Part shown: positions 60,171 through 64,000 of the stretch, in pieces
Layout: each line of letters begins with the position of its first letter
How positions within the stretch are numbered: position 1 is the first letter of the stretch
NCBI GenBank assembly: GCA_964252035.1
Contig: OZ176214.1
Strand: one strand, 5' to 3'
DNA from: Podarcis erhardii
Lineage: Eukaryota
Length of the DNA stretch: 64,000 nucleotides
Notes under the pieces: generated by a model
Seen by the model: the letters and a program-made list of their open reading frames with translations, nothing else
Database searches by the model: none
Told to the model about the DNA's origin: nothing
Translations under genes and position numbers: made by a program

Positions 60171-63100
60171 AAAGGGGGGAGGGGTATTTGTGTGATTAAA
60201 CCCACTCACCATTTATAGGGCACCTTAGGTGCTTCACGTACATACACCTGATACAGTAAGAATTAACACCAGTCCTGTGAGGGAGGCCAGTATTAGTAAT
60301 CTCTAATTAGTAATTGCAGATGGGGAGGCTGAAACAGAGAGTGGCTTGCCCAAAGGTTGAATGATATGCAGAAGGTGATACCTTGGTCCTCATCTCTGAT
60401 ACAAAACTACAAAATATATACAAAAGTATCAAATGTGGTGACAGTAATAATAATGCAGCAAAACAACACCACCACAAACTGGCTTATAAGTATAAAACCA
60501 AATTTACTAGAATTTGAATAACTGGAATAGAGCTAGACTTGTAACCATTCAAGCAACAAACATACTAAGGTGCCATGTGCAAAACAAAGCCTGGAGATAC
60601 TGTAAACATGGAGTGGATAAATGTACAACTGAATCTTAACAAGTTGCATGTGCAATAAACGTTATACAAACTGGATAAGTGAACCGTTCAACAAGTAGCG
60701 TAAGTCCAATAACAGAATGGCAACCCTGTGCCGCCACAATGGCAAGGGTAGCACACTGGAGAACATGAAAAAGTTTTTCAAAGCTGTTCTTCAAAGATTG
60801 AACTGGATGAGATATTCTTCAATAGGTCTTGAGTTGGAAACACAAAGCCGTTTGCATGGATCAATCACAGGAAGGCAAATCAAAGCCACCACCCTGGTGA
60901 GAAAAACGCAAGTGGGCAAAAGGAGACCTGTTCTCCTTGCTACGCGCTTCATCAGTCCGAAAAGGCAGTCATAGAAAACGGTTTGCTCAGGATAAAGTAT
61001 TCACAGGCACAGCATGTTGTGAAACGGGTCGCTCTTCCCCATTTCCTGTTTACAGTGATTGGGCATGCTCCACTGATGCAGAGCACTTTCCCTCGACCCA
61101 CCACTGAGCGCACCACGCCGGAAGTCTCATATATAAAAACATAAAACATTACTTTTTTAAAAAACTTCCCTATACAGGATTGCCTTCAGATGGCTCAGGG
61201 GACGGATAACTCCATACCCTCCAACCTTTCTCCATTGAAAATAGGGACATCCTAAGGAAAAGTGGGACACTCCAAGATCAAATCATAAACCAGGATGGCA
61301 TCTTTAAATCGGGAACATCCCTGGTAAATATGGACACTTGGAGGGTCTGCAACCAGTGCCATTTTTCTAGAAAAAGATGTGCCAGAACTCACCGTGAACA
61401 CCTCCCTCATTCTCTTAGAATGGCAATGGTACCCAGAGCTAGTGCTGTGCACTCTGGGGCAGGGCTAGCTGCCTGTAGGGATGGGGTTAGCCACCTGCAG
61501 GGACAAGGTGTCCCCGGGGGTGGCGGCGAGCGTCCCAGGAAGGCATGGCGAGTGTCCCATGGAAGCGGCGCAGTGATGTTCCCCCACAGGGATGACACCC
61601 AGGGCAGCCCGCACCCACATACCCCTTCCTCTGCCAGTGATCGCGCCCACCTGAGATGTGCTAGAACGGAGTTCCAGCAAGTTCCAGCTGAAAAAAGCCC
61701 TGCTTCCAACATTATAATTATCGTACCAAAGAGCTTCGTAGCTTCTCTCTTTCACACACCCCACCTGTCACACACTCCAAACTTACATAACAGCAAAGGC
61801 TATTCAGCAGGGTTGCCAGTTCAGACCCTTCCATTTCAGGTGTAACAGGGAGTCCTTGGAGCACCCCACAATTACCTAACCTTGATTCCCATAGGTTCAG
61901 GTTGAGCGTCACAAGCAAAAGACTTTAGCCAGGTGATAGAAACAAAACAGCAGCCAGTAGGCCTGATCTTTCTTGTTGCAACAAGACTTCCCACTGCCAC
62001 AAAGACAAAGCAGCCAGAAGCCCCCATCAATAGTTACATCTGTATTTTAAAGTTTCCCATAATACATCTCAGGATGCATCACCAAGACATCATAGATCTG
62101 TCACAGAAAAGGTGTGGTCTCGGGTAGAACCTGAGATCCAGGCATACCCCTGTCACGCAAATATAGTCTTTGACACTTACTCCCATCCCAGTACAAAGGA
62201 AAGTATTTACAGCTCCTTGGTCCCTGAGTCAAATCAAACACACCCCTCTGTCTTGTCCGGCTTCATCCCACTATAGGATGGATAGGCATTGTGATTGAGG
62301 TGGTTGGATATCACTGACCCATGACTCCTTGGGAAGGCCCTGCAGAGGTGTCTGTACATCTCGGGGATTATGGTGGGCTCACTCACCCCTCCCCTTATAC
62401 CTCACTTCCCGGGGTCCTAAATGCCATTGAAACGGAGAAGATTGATACAATGAGTGATTTCCGAGGAATTTCTAAAGTTTTGCCATTGAGCCAGTGCATA
62501 AATACATTTATCAGTGAATCGTTCCCAACCCCTTCTTTCCTGCTCCCAAGAGCTGGGACTCATGATTTTTCAGCTTTTAAATGGAATTATGTATTGACAA
62601 GACACTGGCTTTTTCTGCCATCTATTAATTCCAACTCTGGGGAGTCCAACTCTCCCCCCACCCCCACTTTTTCTATGTCATGCTGGAGGAATATGTTGAC
62701 CTGACTGATATTTTGGGAAATGGTTTGCCCATTTGCCCTCTATGCAATTGGACACCTCGCCATCCATAATACCAAACTTGGCATGAGGGTTCCCAGGGTG
62801 GGGCGGCAGACCTTATTGCTGTTTGTATGTTGGGTGCCATTTTGAATCAAGATGGCAGACTGAAATTTCAGTTTGGCATGACTTTGTCCATTTTGTGGCA
62901 CATGGTAAGCCACAAGTAGAGATATGATCGGTAGATTCAGCTCAAGAGTGCTCAAGGTGTGTGTGGGGGGGGTCTTCATTGATGTTTGGATGTTGGGTGC
63001 CATTGTGAATCCTGGACAGTGCCTGTGTGTGGGGTATTAGTGTGGGGGGTGTTAGAGGAGAGGTAGTACTTTGGTGGAGGACACACCATGCTCCTTCTGT

Positions 63101-63174
63101 GGTAGTTGGTTTTCAGCGAGCCAGCCAGCTAGGATTTGAATGAGTACAAAGAATTTGAATCTACTGTTTCTGGT

Positions 63175-63486
63175 AACAGTGATACCATCCTCGCAAAAAC
63201 GGACTGGCAAGCAAAAATGATAGAAGATCTACAACTTGCCAGAACAACAGGGAGAATAGGAGGAAATTCAATACCAAAAGTTAATCGAGATCGGATAATA
63301 TTTAAGGAAGATTTTAAAAATTAGTGACGACGTTAATCTCCTGACAGACCTAGAATGAATCTTGGAATATGGAGAATGTACATAGTAAAAGTTCATGGAT
63401 ATAACACGAGAAGGCTAAATAAGAAGAAAGAAATGTGTTTTGCCAGACAAAGCGTAAAGAGCACAATGAGAAGAATCGGAAGTTAG
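63175..63486 (+). mobile_element. L1-like 3' fragment at the duplication junction
   Basis: ..TDWQAKMIEDLQLARTTGRI..FKEDFK* resembles the ORF2 C-terminus seen in the other L1 ends in this window. Confidence 0.55.
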
Positions 63487-64000
63487 CTACCTGCGCCTTC
63501 CTCGCCTTCTGCTCCTTCCCTCCATCTCCTCAGACGCGTCCCTTCTTCGCCCGGCGAGCGGAGGCGCCACCTCATTGGCCAGCCTCGAGCGAGCGTCACC
63601 CGCCCTCCCGCCTCCCTCTCCCAGAAACCAGCTTCCCATTGGTCCAGCCGTGTCCCCCTCCCTTTCCGTCAAACTTAAGAGTCCCGCCGCCAAATTCACG
63701 GCTGCGGCAGCAGCTGATCGCTCGTGTTGCCCTGGACGCGTTTCTTCCCTCCGCGTGCAAGTTTGGCCCGTTTGGGGACCGCGAATGCCGCCGGCCGCTT
63801 TGGCTTGCTAGTCTCGCTTCCGCAGCGCAGCGCTTGCGCCATGGCCGAGAAGTTGCAGCCGCGCACTTTGCGGCTCTCGCCTCCCGGCTCGGGCTTAGCC
63901 GAGGGGCGCGGGGAGCGAGGGGCCGTCAGGATGTTGGGGGACATGGATGAAGAAGAAGACGACGCCTTCCAGCTTCCGACGGGAGGGTGAGAATGCGGCG
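63487..64000. promoter_or_regulatory. Second CpG island: duplicate of the SLC31A1/FKBP15 bidirectional promoter (paralog of 24356..24868)
   Basis: Direct alignment to 24356-24868 in the same orientation; runs off the window end. Confidence 0.95.
63931..63986 (+). CDS. FKBP15: FKBP15 exon 1, second tandem copy (partial; gene continues beyond the window)
   Basis: Identical to 24799..24854 including the GG|gtgaga donor; upstream in-frame ATG at 63841 also identical. Whether the rest of the gene is intact cannot be seen. Confidence 0.85.

Noticed and set aside
61050-61145. CCGGAAGT plus TATATAAAA as a possible independent promoter
   Set aside because: Two short motifs without a CpG island or an identifiable downstream exon.
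61213-61349. hAT-like MITE (cataccctccaa / ttggagggtctg)
   Set aside because: TIR-like ends but no TSD; probably an old repeat, not listed as a supported feature.
59346-63486. SLC31A2 expected downstream of FKBP15 by mammalian synteny
   Set aside because: No CTR2-like coding segment found on either strand.
63487-64000. Duplicate as a simple haplotype artefact
   Set aside because: Allelic copies would not show several indels, a strongly diverged middle and unrelated upstream flanks. Not fully excluded without reads, but disfavoured.

Overview
Vertebrate genomic DNA, most likely a squamate reptile (lacertid-type Sauria SINEs, plus CR1, L2, L1 and Penelope-like fragments and MITEs). Two spliced genes can be rebuilt by hand from GT-AG boundaries with consistent reading frames. 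(1) SLC31A1/CTR1, the high-affinity copper importer, is on the - strand: 4 coding exons (4943->1525, 192 aa) and a probable non-coding exon 1 near 24.4 kb. (2) FKBP15/WAFL is on the + strand: 26 coding exons (24799->59345, 1057 aa), head-to-head with SLC31A1 on a shared CpG-island promoter. The main surprise is at the right end. About 4 kb after the FKBP15 poly(A) signal, the shared promoter, the SLC31A1 exon-1/donor segment and FKBP15 exon 1 occur again (63487-64000), indicating a tandem FKBP15 duplication that carries an orphan CTR1 first exon. The complete FKBP15 copy in the window looks derived: it appears to lack two coiled-coil exons and the C-terminal Trp, judged against the human protein as I recall it. 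All comparisons to human or FKBP12 sequences are from memory, all alignments are manual, and repeat boundaries are approximate unless TSDs are quoted. Most ORFs in the supplied track are spurious.
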